Source: Verrucomicrobiia bacterium
GTDB lineage: Bacteria; Verrucomicrobiota; Verrucomicrobiia; Limisphaerales; UBA11358
Assembly: GCA_035577265.1 (NCBI GenBank)
Contig: DATLVR010000119.1
Coordinates: 68,436-132,435, forward strand
Reading direction: 5' to 3'
Length of the DNA: 64,000 bases
The position numbers and the translations under genes were made by a program. Below are positions 56,204 through 64,000 of this stretch, one piece after another. Under the pieces are notes generated by a model. The model was given only the letters and a program-made list of their open reading frames with translations. It had not been told where the DNA came from and did not search any database. Numbering within the stretch: position 1 is the stretch's first letter; each line of letters begins with the position of its first letter.

Positions 56204-57116
56204 CCGGAATAACCGCCGCCGTCTGTTTGGCCGCCGGGCCAGGAGTGACGGGATGTTGCTGCCAGAAGGCCAGCAGTTCCTGCCACCACTCGGGGGATTC
56301 GGTGGTGGTGCTGCTGTGGCGGGCCCAGGAAATGACCTCAAGCGTTTTGGGGCCGGCGTAGCCCTCATACAGCTGCTCGCCCAACCTGGGCGGGATGATT
56401 TCATCCCTGCCGGCGACGATGACCTTCACCGGCCCGTGATAATCTTTCAACCAATCCGCCGGATCATACCGATCCCACAACAAATAATAAGCCGGAATAA
56501 ACGGGACATGATTTCCCGCCACCGAAGCCAGCTTGTCGTAAGGCACGAACATCGCCAACCCCGCCACGCCGGCTGGATATTTTTGGGCGAGATGCGCCGC
56601 CACACCGGTGCCCAGCGATTCGCTGATGACATAGATCGGCAGATTTTTCGGCAGCAACTCGAAAGCCTCGTCCGCCGCCGCCAGCAGGCTGGCCTCGCCC
56701 GGCGAACCGCCGCGCGCGCCGTAGCCGGGATATTCCAGAATATAGATATCGAGCGACGCCGCATCGTGGATCGGCGTGGTCATGTAGGCGCGGTCCAGCG
56801 CCCAGCCGCCATTGCCGTGCACGATCAGGATGCTGCCGACGGGCTGCGAACGCGCCGCTGATTTCCAGCCGATCAATTGACCTGCCGCATTGCGCCACGG
56901 CGTGAATCCCACCACCGCCGCCGACTCCTCGGCGGATTGTGTCGTCAGCCTGGTCGGAACATAGATCAGATAGCGTTGCAGCAGCGTGAACAAAACGAGC
57001 ATCACGGCATAACCGGCGACAAACGTCCACAGGGCAAGCTTGATCCATCGGCGCCAGGGCAGTTGGAGCTTTGTTGACGCAGTATCGGTGGACACGGTAT
57101 TGATTTTTTTTGCCAC
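56190..57116 (-). CDS. Alpha/beta-hydrolase-fold protein with an N-terminal TM anchor
   Basis: TM segment WIKLALWTFVAGYAVMLVLFTLL. HGNGG is an oxyanion motif, and ISESLGTGVA is a nucleophile elbow variant. Confidence 0.8.
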   Translation of the reverse strand: MAKKINTVSTDTASTKLQLPWRRWIKLALWTFVAGYAVMLVLFTLLQRYLIYVPTRLTTQSAEESAAVVGFTPWRNAAGQLIGWKSAARSQPVGSILIVHGNGGWALDRAYMTTPIHDAASLDIYILEYPGYGARGGSPGEASLLAAADEAFELLPKNLPIYVISESLGTGVAAHLAQKYPAGVAGLAMFVPYDKLASVAGNHVPFIPAYYLLWDRYDPADWLKDYHGPVKVIVAGRDEIIPPRLGEQLYEGYAGPKTLEVISWARHSSTTTESPEWWQELLAFWQQHPVTPGPAAKQTAAVIPVTPE

Positions 57117-57129
57117 TTGATTTCACCCG

Positions 57130-58326
57130 CTAGCTGACTGGCGGCGCTGCCGGCATTTTTGGCTTGCGGCGAAAGGGATATTTGAACTGTGCCCAGTAAC
57201 CCAGCGGCACAGGATGTCCCTCCAAACCGTAACCGGACGGCCATTTGTCCTTGGGCAGATGATAAGTGCCGAACAAACGGTCGAACAAGGGAAAATGGAT
57301 CGCAAAATTCACATCCACCGCCTCGCGTTCAATGCCATGATGCCAGTGATGGAAACGCGGCGTCACCAGCAGTTTTTCGGTCAAGGGAAAACGCCAGTTC
57401 AAGTTGGCATGAACGAACGTGGAGTAGAGATAGACCACCAGAATGTAGGTGTTCATTGCCCCGACACTGAAGCCGAGCACAAACATCGGAATCACCGTCG
57501 TGCTGCGCAGTGCCAGAATTTCCAGAAAGTGCATCCGCGCCCCGGCCATCCAATCCATGCTTCGCGCCGAGTGATGCACCGCGTGAAATTTCCACAACCA
57601 CGGAATCCGGTGGAAAGCGCGATGAACCCAATACTGCACCAGATCGGTCAGGAACATGATGGCCACGAGTTGCACGACGAACGGCAGGCTGCCCACCCAT
57701 GCGCGCACATCGGTCAGCGTCGCCAGGGCCAGGATGGATTTGGCCGGGGCGAATGTGAGAAACGTCAAAACCTGAACCATCAAACTGCTGACCAGATAAT
57801 AAAACAGATCCTCACGCCATTCTTCCCGGAAGACCGGTTGTTCGTCCCGATGCGAGAAAATCCGTTCCAATGGGATAAAAAGAAAACCGGTAAAAAGAAT
57901 CCTTAGAACAAAAAAGTCCAGGCCGAAAAACAAGGGCGCCTGCTCGGGCACCGCTGCCGTGACCTGCGAGCCGCCAATCAAAGCAGCCAGCAATGTCACC
58001 GCCACACCACACGTTCCCAATGTCCGGTCTTTGCGAAGTGCCAGACTCAAGGCCGACAGGCCGAAGGCGGCCAGCAGCAGCACATGAAGCCCGACCCGGA
58101 ACCAGGGATTCGACCGTAACGGCTGTGTCTCCGGCAACGCAAACACCCCCGGCGCCCAAAGTGAAATCACCAGCAACAAACCGGCGATGCCCAGCACCAG
58201 ACCGAGAACGCCACTGATCCAACCACTGCCAAAATGGCGTAACGCCGGAGGCACTTCCAACTCGCCCCGCACCTTCATCCGGATCTCATGAAGCTTGCTC
58301 ATGTGAATAGGGTCATCACGGTGCAA
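57130..58326 (-). CDS. Sterol desaturase / fatty acid hydroxylase family membrane protein
   Basis: Histidine boxes HRAFH, HAVHH and HHWHH, preceded by multiple TM segments. Confidence 0.85.
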   Translation of the reverse strand: MHRDDPIHMSKLHEIRMKVRGELEVPPALRHFGSGWISGVLGLVLGIAGLLLVISLWAPGVFALPETQPLRSNPWFRVGLHVLLLAAFGLSALSLALRKDRTLGTCGVAVTLLAALIGGSQVTAAVPEQAPLFFGLDFFVLRILFTGFLFIPLERIFSHRDEQPVFREEWREDLFYYLVSSLMVQVLTFLTFAPAKSILALATLTDVRAWVGSLPFVVQLVAIMFLTDLVQYWVHRAFHRIPWLWKFHAVHHSARSMDWMAGARMHFLEILALRSTTVIPMFVLGFSVGAMNTYILVVYLYSTFVHANLNWRFPLTEKLLVTPRFHHWHHGIEREAVDVNFAIHFPLFDRLFGTYHLPKDKWPSGYGLEGHPVPLGYWAQFKYPFRRKPKMPAAPPVS

Positions 58327-58350
58327 ATGCTGAATGTGAGTCGAAAGCAG

Positions 58351-60150
58351 CTATTCCTTTTTTGCCACTTTCAATTCCAGATGCAGATCGCGCAACTGTT
58401 TAGGTTCAACCGTGCTCGGTGAATCCGTCATGAGGCAGGTGCCCTTCGCGGTCTTCGGAAACGCGATCACGTCGCGAATGCTCGGCGTGTGGCAGAGCGT
58501 CGCGATGAGCCGGTCGAAGCCCAGCGCGATGCCGCCGTGCGGTGGCGCGCCGTATTTGAACGCTTCGAGCATGTAACCGAAACGCGCCTGCACCATCTCC
58601 GGCGGAATCTGCAGCACTTCCTCGAACACCGTTTTCTGCACGTCGGGCTGATGGATGCGGATCGAGCCACCGCCGAGTTCCACGCCGTTGACCACGATGT
58701 CGTAGTGCTGGCCGCGGACTTTCTTCGGGTCGGTCTTGAGCAACGGAATGTCTTCCGTGACCGGCGCGGTGAACGGATGATGGCTCGAATACCAGCGGTT
58801 CTGTTCACGATCAAACCCGAGCAGCGGAAATTCGATGACCCAGAGGAAATTGAACTGGTCAGCCGGAACCGTCAGTTTCCCCTGCCCCTTCAAAACGTCG
58901 GCGCAATAAAGCCGGATCTTGCCGAGTATCTCGCACGCGGTCAGCCATTGGTCGGCGGCGAACAGAATCAAATCGCCTTCCTCGATTTTTAGTTTTGAAA
59001 CAAGCGCGGCCTTCTCCGCCTCGTTGAAAAATTTCACGATGGGCGATTTCCATTCTCCGCCTTCGACTTTGATGAACGCCAGTCCTTTCGCGCCGAAACT
59101 TTTGGCGTATTCGGTCATCGTCTCGATCTGGCCCTGCGTGGCGCCGGCCATGCCTTTGGCGTTGAGCGCTTTCACCACGCCGCCGTTGGCGATCGCGCCG
59201 CTGAACACCTTGAACGTGCTCGTCTTGAACTCTTCCGTGAAGTCCACCAGTTCCATGCCGAAGCGCGTGTCCGGCTTGTCAATGCCGTAACGGTTCAACG
59301 CTTCCTCGAATGTGATGCGCTTGAACGGCGTGGGAATGTCCACGTTGAGCGCGGTCTTCCAGACGCGTTTTAGCAGGCCTTCGATCAGCGCGTAAATGTC
59401 TTCGCGTTCGATGAAGCTCATCTCGATGTCCACCTGCGTGAACTCCGGCTGGCGGTCGGCGCGCAGATCTTCGTCGCGATAGCAGCGGGCGAGCTGGAAA
59501 TATTTTTCCACGCCGGCGACCATGAGAATCTGTTTGAATTGCTGCGGCGACTGCGGCAGCGCGTAGAACTGGCCGACGCTCGTCCGGCTCGGCACGAGGA
59601 ATTCGCGCGCGCCTTCGGGCGTGGACTTGAACAGCGTGGGCGTCTCGACTTCGAGGAAACCCTGCTCGTCGAAAAACACGCGCGCCGTCGTGGCGACTTT
59701 GCTGCGCACGCGCAGGTTGCGCATCATCTCGGGACGGCGCAGATCGAGGTAGCGATACTTCAGGCGCAATTCCTCGTTCACCTTGCTCGCGGCTTCGGGA
59801 TCGTCCACCGGGAACGGCAGCACCTCCGCCATGTTCAGCACCTCGAGCGACGCCACGCCGATCTCGATTTCACCGGTGGGGATTTTGGAGTTGTTCGTGC
59901 CCTCGGGCCGATGACGCACCTTGCCGGTGACGGTCACGACGCATTCGCTGCGGAGCGCGGCGGCCTGATCAAAAAGTTCCTTTGTCAGGTCGGAGGGATC
60001 AAACACCGTCTGCGTGCGGCCTTCGCGGTCGCGGATGTCGATGAAGATGAGGCCGCCCAGATCACGCCGGGAATGGACCCAGCCGGACAAGGTGACGGTT
60101 TGCCCGATGTGTGCCGGGCGCAGTTCGTTGCAATGATGCGTGCGTTTCAT
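58351..60150 (-). CDS. aspS: Aspartate--tRNA ligase
   Basis: The N-terminal OB fold starts RTHHCNELRPAHIGQTVTLSGWVHSRRDLGGLIFIDIRDREG. Class II motifs FQLARCYRDEDLRADRQPEFTQVDIEMSF, GGGSIRIH and GIALGFDRL follow. The length is 599 aa. Confidence 0.95.
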   Translation of the reverse strand: MKRTHHCNELRPAHIGQTVTLSGWVHSRRDLGGLIFIDIRDREGRTQTVFDPSDLTKELFDQAAALRSECVVTVTGKVRHRPEGTNNSKIPTGEIEIGVASLEVLNMAEVLPFPVDDPEAASKVNEELRLKYRYLDLRRPEMMRNLRVRSKVATTARVFFDEQGFLEVETPTLFKSTPEGAREFLVPSRTSVGQFYALPQSPQQFKQILMVAGVEKYFQLARCYRDEDLRADRQPEFTQVDIEMSFIEREDIYALIEGLLKRVWKTALNVDIPTPFKRITFEEALNRYGIDKPDTRFGMELVDFTEEFKTSTFKVFSGAIANGGVVKALNAKGMAGATQGQIETMTEYAKSFGAKGLAFIKVEGGEWKSPIVKFFNEAEKAALVSKLKIEEGDLILFAADQWLTACEILGKIRLYCADVLKGQGKLTVPADQFNFLWVIEFPLLGFDREQNRWYSSHHPFTAPVTEDIPLLKTDPKKVRGQHYDIVVNGVELGGGSIRIHQPDVQKTVFEEVLQIPPEMVQARFGYMLEAFKYGAPPHGGIALGFDRLIATLCHTPSIRDVIAFPKTAKGTCLMTDSPSTVEPKQLRDLHLELKVAKKE

Positions 60151-60295
60151 TAAAAATTTCGCCGAAGCGAACGCAGAGGTTGGCAGGAAACGATGATGAT
60201 TTCAAAGCAAAAGCACGGTTGAAACCCATGGCCGAACGCAGGCAGGTTATCCGCCAATTCCCGCAACCGGTGATCCGGTCCAGGCCAATTTCCGC

Positions 60296-62251
60296 TCACG
60301 GCGTCAGCGGCCGCCCTTTTTCCATTGCCGGGTCAAATTTGTCGATTTGCACGGGAATCACGAACGGATTGGACAAGGTTTTAATGCGGGCAAAGCCGAC
60401 GTCCTGGGCACGGATGATGGAGTCAGCGAAATCACCGAAGTCGTAATACTTCGCCAGCTCGCTGATCTCGTTCTGGTTGTTGAGGTGGGAAACGATGATG
60501 TTTTCCGTGTTGGAAAGGATGTTCGGGTGGATGCTGGAAACCTCCTGCGTGGCATACACAAAGGCGATGCGGGCCTTCGCCCCTTCCTTGGCGAGGATGG
60601 GCCAGATTTCCGTGAGTGGCTCCTGCTTGCCAATCAGGTTATGAGCCTCTTCGACATACAGCACAATGTGCGGCGGCTGCCGGCCGGTGTTGAAGGTGGC
60701 CATCGAGTTGTGAAAAATATGGCGCGCAATGCGTTTGCTCAATCGCTCGCGCTGGACCGGGTCGCCCACGGAAAGGTCGAGGATCACAATCTTCCCGGCG
60801 TCCAGATGCTGGTAAATCTCCTCGCAGACATCCGTGTTGCGATTGGGCGCATGATAATCCTTGTAGGGCTGGAGCAGCCGGAAGCCGGGAATGTAGCCGC
60901 CCTGGTCATTTTTCTGAAGCAACAGGTTGATGAGGACGTTGGTGTCCGGTTCAACCCACGACCCGCCGGTGGGAGTGATGAGTTCATCCTGGATCTGCCG
61001 CACAAAATAAAACCATTGGCAGACCTGGGCGGCGCTCAGGCCTTCCGCCGGATTCACGGAAGGGTTTACTTTTTTGCTGATGACGGCATTCACCTCAAAG
61101 GTGATTTTGAAATTCGCGGGCGGCTCGTAGCCGGCGCAGAACAGCACGGCCTGATACGCGGCCAGCTTGATCTGAAAACGGGCCGACTGCCGCCGGAACT
61201 CCTCCTCGCCGCTGCAATTGTCCAAGCTGGGCGGCTCGAAATCCATGCTCAAAAACGCCTCCAGATCGGCCGACCGCGGCACCTTGCTGGCTTCGATCAA
61301 TCCACGCAACGTGTTATGCCCTTCCGCGGTCTGCCGGTAAAAATTGTTCAGGATCAATTCAAACCCCGGCGTCGGTGTCATCCGGTAACGCACCGTGTCG
61401 CCGGGAAACACCTCGGCGAGGGACCCCTTGTCCTGCTGGTTGGCGTTCGCATATTCACCGTTCGAGTCGTAGATGATCTGGCCGATTTTCAGTTTGAACG
61501 CATCACTGGTGCGCTTCACCACGGAGACCAGTTTTTTCACTGTGTTGGATTTGCCCGTGCGCGTCATGCCAAACACCGCCGTCCGCCGCGCCAGAAAATC
61601 CACCGCGTTCAAGTGGAACACCGCTCGCGCCGCGTCCGGGCTGCGATGCAGGCGCTCGGTGGAGGCATACCGCACCGTGCCGATGGGAAAGCGCGGCAAC
61701 GCCCCGGTCAACCCCAGCCGGCGGGCCTCCTCTTCCACCGCCGTCATCCGCGCCGGGCTGATGTAATTGATGATCGCCTCCAGCGCCGCGCCTTCGGGCC
61801 GGTAAACCGCCAGTCCCGCCGCTTGCGCATAATTCTCCACGTCGCTGCCGAGACGCAACCGGCCATCCTGCAAATAAAACGTTCCCAGCAACCGGCATTG
61901 CAACAGGCCGAATTGAAACTCCTCCACCGTCACCGGGGCCAACGTGTCATCCGTCACCGGCTTCCGAGCCTTCAGCTGTTGCAACCGGGCCTGAAGCTCC
62001 TTGTCCGCCGGATTGGCCGTGGCGGAGCCGGTCACCCGCAGCAGAAAAACTTCCGCGAACGGCCTGCCGTCGTCCGCCGCCGCGAGCAAAAAGCAATTGT
62101 GCGGCACGCCCTTCGCCTGCGCCTTCCAGACATCACTCGTGAGCAGCAGCGCCCGTTCGAAATCCACCGCGCCAAGCCAGCCGACAAATTGGTGTTTCTG
62201 GATCAGTCCGGCCAATGGGTCCGGCGACAAGGGGTGGGCAGTGTTGGACAT
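60296..62251 (-). CDS. HerA/DUF87-like P-loop ATPase with a long insertion between Walker A and Walker B
   Basis: Walker A is AVFGMTRTGKSNTVKKL. Walker B is PPHIVLYVEEAHNLI. ATQEVSSIHPNILSNTENIIVSHLNN is like HerA 'ATQRPS...N..I..RL.N'. The N-terminal barrel-like region includes FLLRVTG. The start was reset to MSNTAHPL (ATG at 62251). Confidence 0.8.
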   Translation of the reverse strand: MSNTAHPLSPDPLAGLIQKHQFVGWLGAVDFERALLLTSDVWKAQAKGVPHNCFLLAAADDGRPFAEVFLLRVTGSATANPADKELQARLQQLKARKPVTDDTLAPVTVEEFQFGLLQCRLLGTFYLQDGRLRLGSDVENYAQAAGLAVYRPEGAALEAIINYISPARMTAVEEEARRLGLTGALPRFPIGTVRYASTERLHRSPDAARAVFHLNAVDFLARRTAVFGMTRTGKSNTVKKLVSVVKRTSDAFKLKIGQIIYDSNGEYANANQQDKGSLAEVFPGDTVRYRMTPTPGFELILNNFYRQTAEGHNTLRGLIEASKVPRSADLEAFLSMDFEPPSLDNCSGEEEFRRQSARFQIKLAAYQAVLFCAGYEPPANFKITFEVNAVISKKVNPSVNPAEGLSAAQVCQWFYFVRQIQDELITPTGGSWVEPDTNVLINLLLQKNDQGGYIPGFRLLQPYKDYHAPNRNTDVCEEIYQHLDAGKIVILDLSVGDPVQRERLSKRIARHIFHNSMATFNTGRQPPHIVLYVEEAHNLIGKQEPLTEIWPILAKEGAKARIAFVYATQEVSSIHPNILSNTENIIVSHLNNQNEISELAKYYDFGDFADSIIRAQDVGFARIKTLSNPFVIPVQIDKFDPAMEKGRPLTP

Positions 62252-62415
62252 GGAAAATTCAACGGCACATTTCAGAACTCGAAAACATCTTTGCCGGAAG
62301 CTTGACGGCAAGCCCGGCGAATTTCAAAAGAATTATTTGAGAACCGCCGCCACGCGGGCCGGCCAACCGAAAATCCCCGCTCGCCACGCCTTCCGCTTTG
62401 GATTAACCTCCGGCC

Positions 62416-63357
62416 ATGATGGAACTGCCCAAGCCGGATATTATTTTCACCCACGAGAGCGACCTCGACGGCTTGGTGGCGGGCCTCATGTTGCAAAAGC
62501 TCGCGAAGAAAATTTACAACCGCGACGTCCCGCTGGAGGCGTATCATTACAATTACTGGAAGACGCGCGAGCTGCGCGAAAAGGCCGCATGGGTCACCGA
62601 CTTCACCTACGAACCGCGCCTCGACAAGGAGCAATGGGTCATCATTGATCATCACGTCACCGACGCCGTGCCGAAGAACGCGCACCTCATTCACGACGTG
62701 ACCAAATCCGCCGGACTGCTCTGCTACGAACTCTGCAAACGCAACGGCCTCGACTCGCCCGCGCTGGAACGGCTCGCGCACCTGAACAACGTCGCCGACC
62801 TGTTTCTCGAGGACGACCCCGATTTCGAGCTGGCGGTGGATTATGCGAATCTCGTCAAGATTTACCAGTTCTGGAACCTGCACGCGCTCATTGACGGTGA
62901 CGTCGAAAAGTTGCTGAACCATCCCTTGCTCGAAGTCATCGCCGTCAAACGCCGCATCGAAGATCCGCTGGGGTTTGAGTGGAGCAAAAACCACGTCACC
63001 GAAATCAGCGCGGCCGTCGGCTACGTCGAGACCGTCGTGGGCAACAACAACCTCATCGTGCATCAACTGCTTGAGCGGCAGGCGGTGAAATTTCCCGTGC
63101 TGGTCACGCTGTTCAAGCGCGCGAACAACGTCGTGATCGCCAGCTTCCGCAGCCGCAACGGCGAGGCGCTCAAGGTGGCGGAGAAATTTCAGGGCGGCGG
63201 CCACGCCAACGCCTCCGGCGCGATGTTCCCCAAATCCATCCGCAACATCCCCGAAGCCGTGGATTATCTGCGCACGGTCTTGAATCCGAAGCGCGGCGCG
63301 CCCTTGAACAACCTGGAAAGTTTGTTCGCGGGGATTGAGGCGGAACAGAGGAAATAA
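62416..63357 (+). CDS. DHH/DHHA1-family phosphoesterase (NrnA-like)
   Basis: THESDLDG (motif I), VIIDHH (the DHH motif) and GGGHANASGA (DHHA1). Divergent from the HerA-like gene across a 164-nt gap. Confidence 0.85.
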   Translation: MMELPKPDIIFTHESDLDGLVAGLMLQKLAKKIYNRDVPLEAYHYNYWKTRELREKAAWVTDFTYEPRLDKEQWVIIDHHVTDAVPKNAHLIHDVTKSAGLLCYELCKRNGLDSPALERLAHLNNVADLFLEDDPDFELAVDYANLVKIYQFWNLHALIDGDVEKLLNHPLLEVIAVKRRIEDPLGFEWSKNHVTEISAAVGYVETVVGNNNLIVHQLLERQAVKFPVLVTLFKRANNVVIASFRSRNGEALKVAEKFQGGGHANASGAMFPKSIRNIPEAVDYLRTVLNPKRGAPLNNLESLFAGIEAEQRK

Positions 63358-63389
63358 ACTACCATATTTTTCCTAGTTACTTGAATATT

Positions 63390-64000
63390 ATGCGTGCGCC
63401 AAGCTCAATTTCGATTGCAGTAAGTATCGCCTTCTTATTCACGTTCCACATAGAAGGATCCACCTTTTTGATCACCAATACGAATGATTCGACCAACCTA
63501 ACCAGCTTGCGCGGGGCAATTATTAAGGCAAATCGAAAAGGTGGAAACAATACGATCATACTTGGTCAGGCATTTGAACCACGCCGCAACAGCCAGCAAA
63601 GGCAGTGGATTTTTCCACTGAATATTTCCGGCGCAGATGAAGACGGCGCAAGAACTGGCGATTTGGACGTAACACGAGGCAATTTGACCATCATCGGCGC
63701 CACTTCCAACGTCATCGTTGATGCAACAGGTTTAGGGGATCGGGTTTTCCAAGTGTTTTCCAATGCTCATTTGACGCTTTCAGATTTGGTCATAAGAGGC
63801 GGCACTGCGCCCGGAAACGGTAGAAGCTATCTCGTCAATGGCGAAGCTGGCGGTGCGATTTACAATGCCGGAACTCTATTTTTGGAACACTGCACCGTCA
63901 CCAATAACTCAAGTGGCGGCGGGAATTTCTCTGAAGGCAACATCGGCGGCACGAGTGGTGGTGATGGCGGTGGCATTTATAGTTCAGGAAAACTGACTAT
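63390..64000 (+). CDS. Secreted beta-helix repeat protein (CSLREA/polymorphic-membrane-protein-like N-terminus), 3' end outside the window
   Basis: My translation from the ATG at 63390 is open to the window end: MRAPSSISIAVSIAFLFTF...ITNTNDSTNLTSLRGAIIKANRKGGNNTIILG...GDLDVTRGNLTIIGA...LTLSDLVIRGG...GGAIYNAGTLFLEHCTVTNNSSGGG. It is absent from the ORF track because it has no stop. The region is visibly more AT-rich. Confidence 0.7.
   Translation, partial: MRAPSSISIAVSIAFLFTFHIEGSTFLITNTNDSTNLTSLRGAIIKANRKGGNNTIILGQAFEPRRNSQQRQWIFPLNISGADEDGARTGDLDVTRGNLTIIGATSNVIVDATGLGDRVFQVFSNAHLTLSDLVIRGGTAPGNGRSYLVNGEAGGAIYNAGTLFLEHCTVTNNSSGGGNFSEGNIGGTSGGDGGGIYSSGKLT

Noticed and set aside
60347-62305. 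652-aa plus-strand ORF opposite the HerA-like gene; also 62272..63204 (-) opposite the DHH gene and 55526..56404 (-) opposite rex
   Set aside because: No recognisable motifs and a skewed Arg-rich composition. The partner strands carry Walker, DHH and Rex motifs.
63377-63763. Two minus-strand ORFs (60 and 65 aa) listed in the track
   Set aside because: They lie antisense to a longer plus-strand frame, open to the window end, with beta-helix repeat features.

Overview
GC-rich bacterial chromosome segment. Gene content suggests Verrucomicrobiota or Planctomycetota: [10 protein letters not shown] prepilin-type H-X9-DG proteins, giant FN3-rich secreted enzymes, and Tat-exported Gfo/Idh/MocA oxidoreductases. 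All calls come from reading the sequence and the ORF track; no searches were run, so family names are motif recognition from memory. Layout: (1) 0-37.8 kb is a glycan-degradation locus. It holds GH92, GH3 and two GH95-like/DUF5703-like enzymes, three paralogs of an unassigned GYQGWF hydrolase-like domain, a beta-helix (possibly GH87-like) enzyme and DUF1080. It also holds two Tat oxidoreductases, a xylose-isomerase-like TIM-barrel protein and two pseudopilin-like proteins. Five to six giant genes form a tightly packed minus-strand operon (19.8-35.3 kb), and many share FN3 modules and a ~65-aa C-terminal module ending FFRLVYP. (2) 37.8-43.2 kb is a visibly more AT-rich accessory patch. Small minus-strand ORFs are each followed by a ~95-nt structured repeat with attC-like ends, giving an integron-type cassette array with no integrase in the window. 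The patch also holds an IS3 remnant, a decayed hicBA pair and a truncated UPF0175/PIN pair, bracketed by a duplicated lpxB 5' end. (3) lpxB carries an in-frame hairpin/heptamer-repeat insertion. (4) 44.7-55.3 kb is a doubled circularly-permuted-ATP-grasp / alpha-E / transglutaminase locus of unknown function, with heptamer-array inverted repeats in its intergenic gaps and a Rex box in its promoter region. (5) The rest holds rex, an alpha/beta hydrolase, a sterol-desaturase-family protein, aspS, a solitary HerA-like ATPase divergent from a DHH phosphoesterase, and the start of a beta-helix surface protein. No rRNA, tRNA or CRISPR was recognised.
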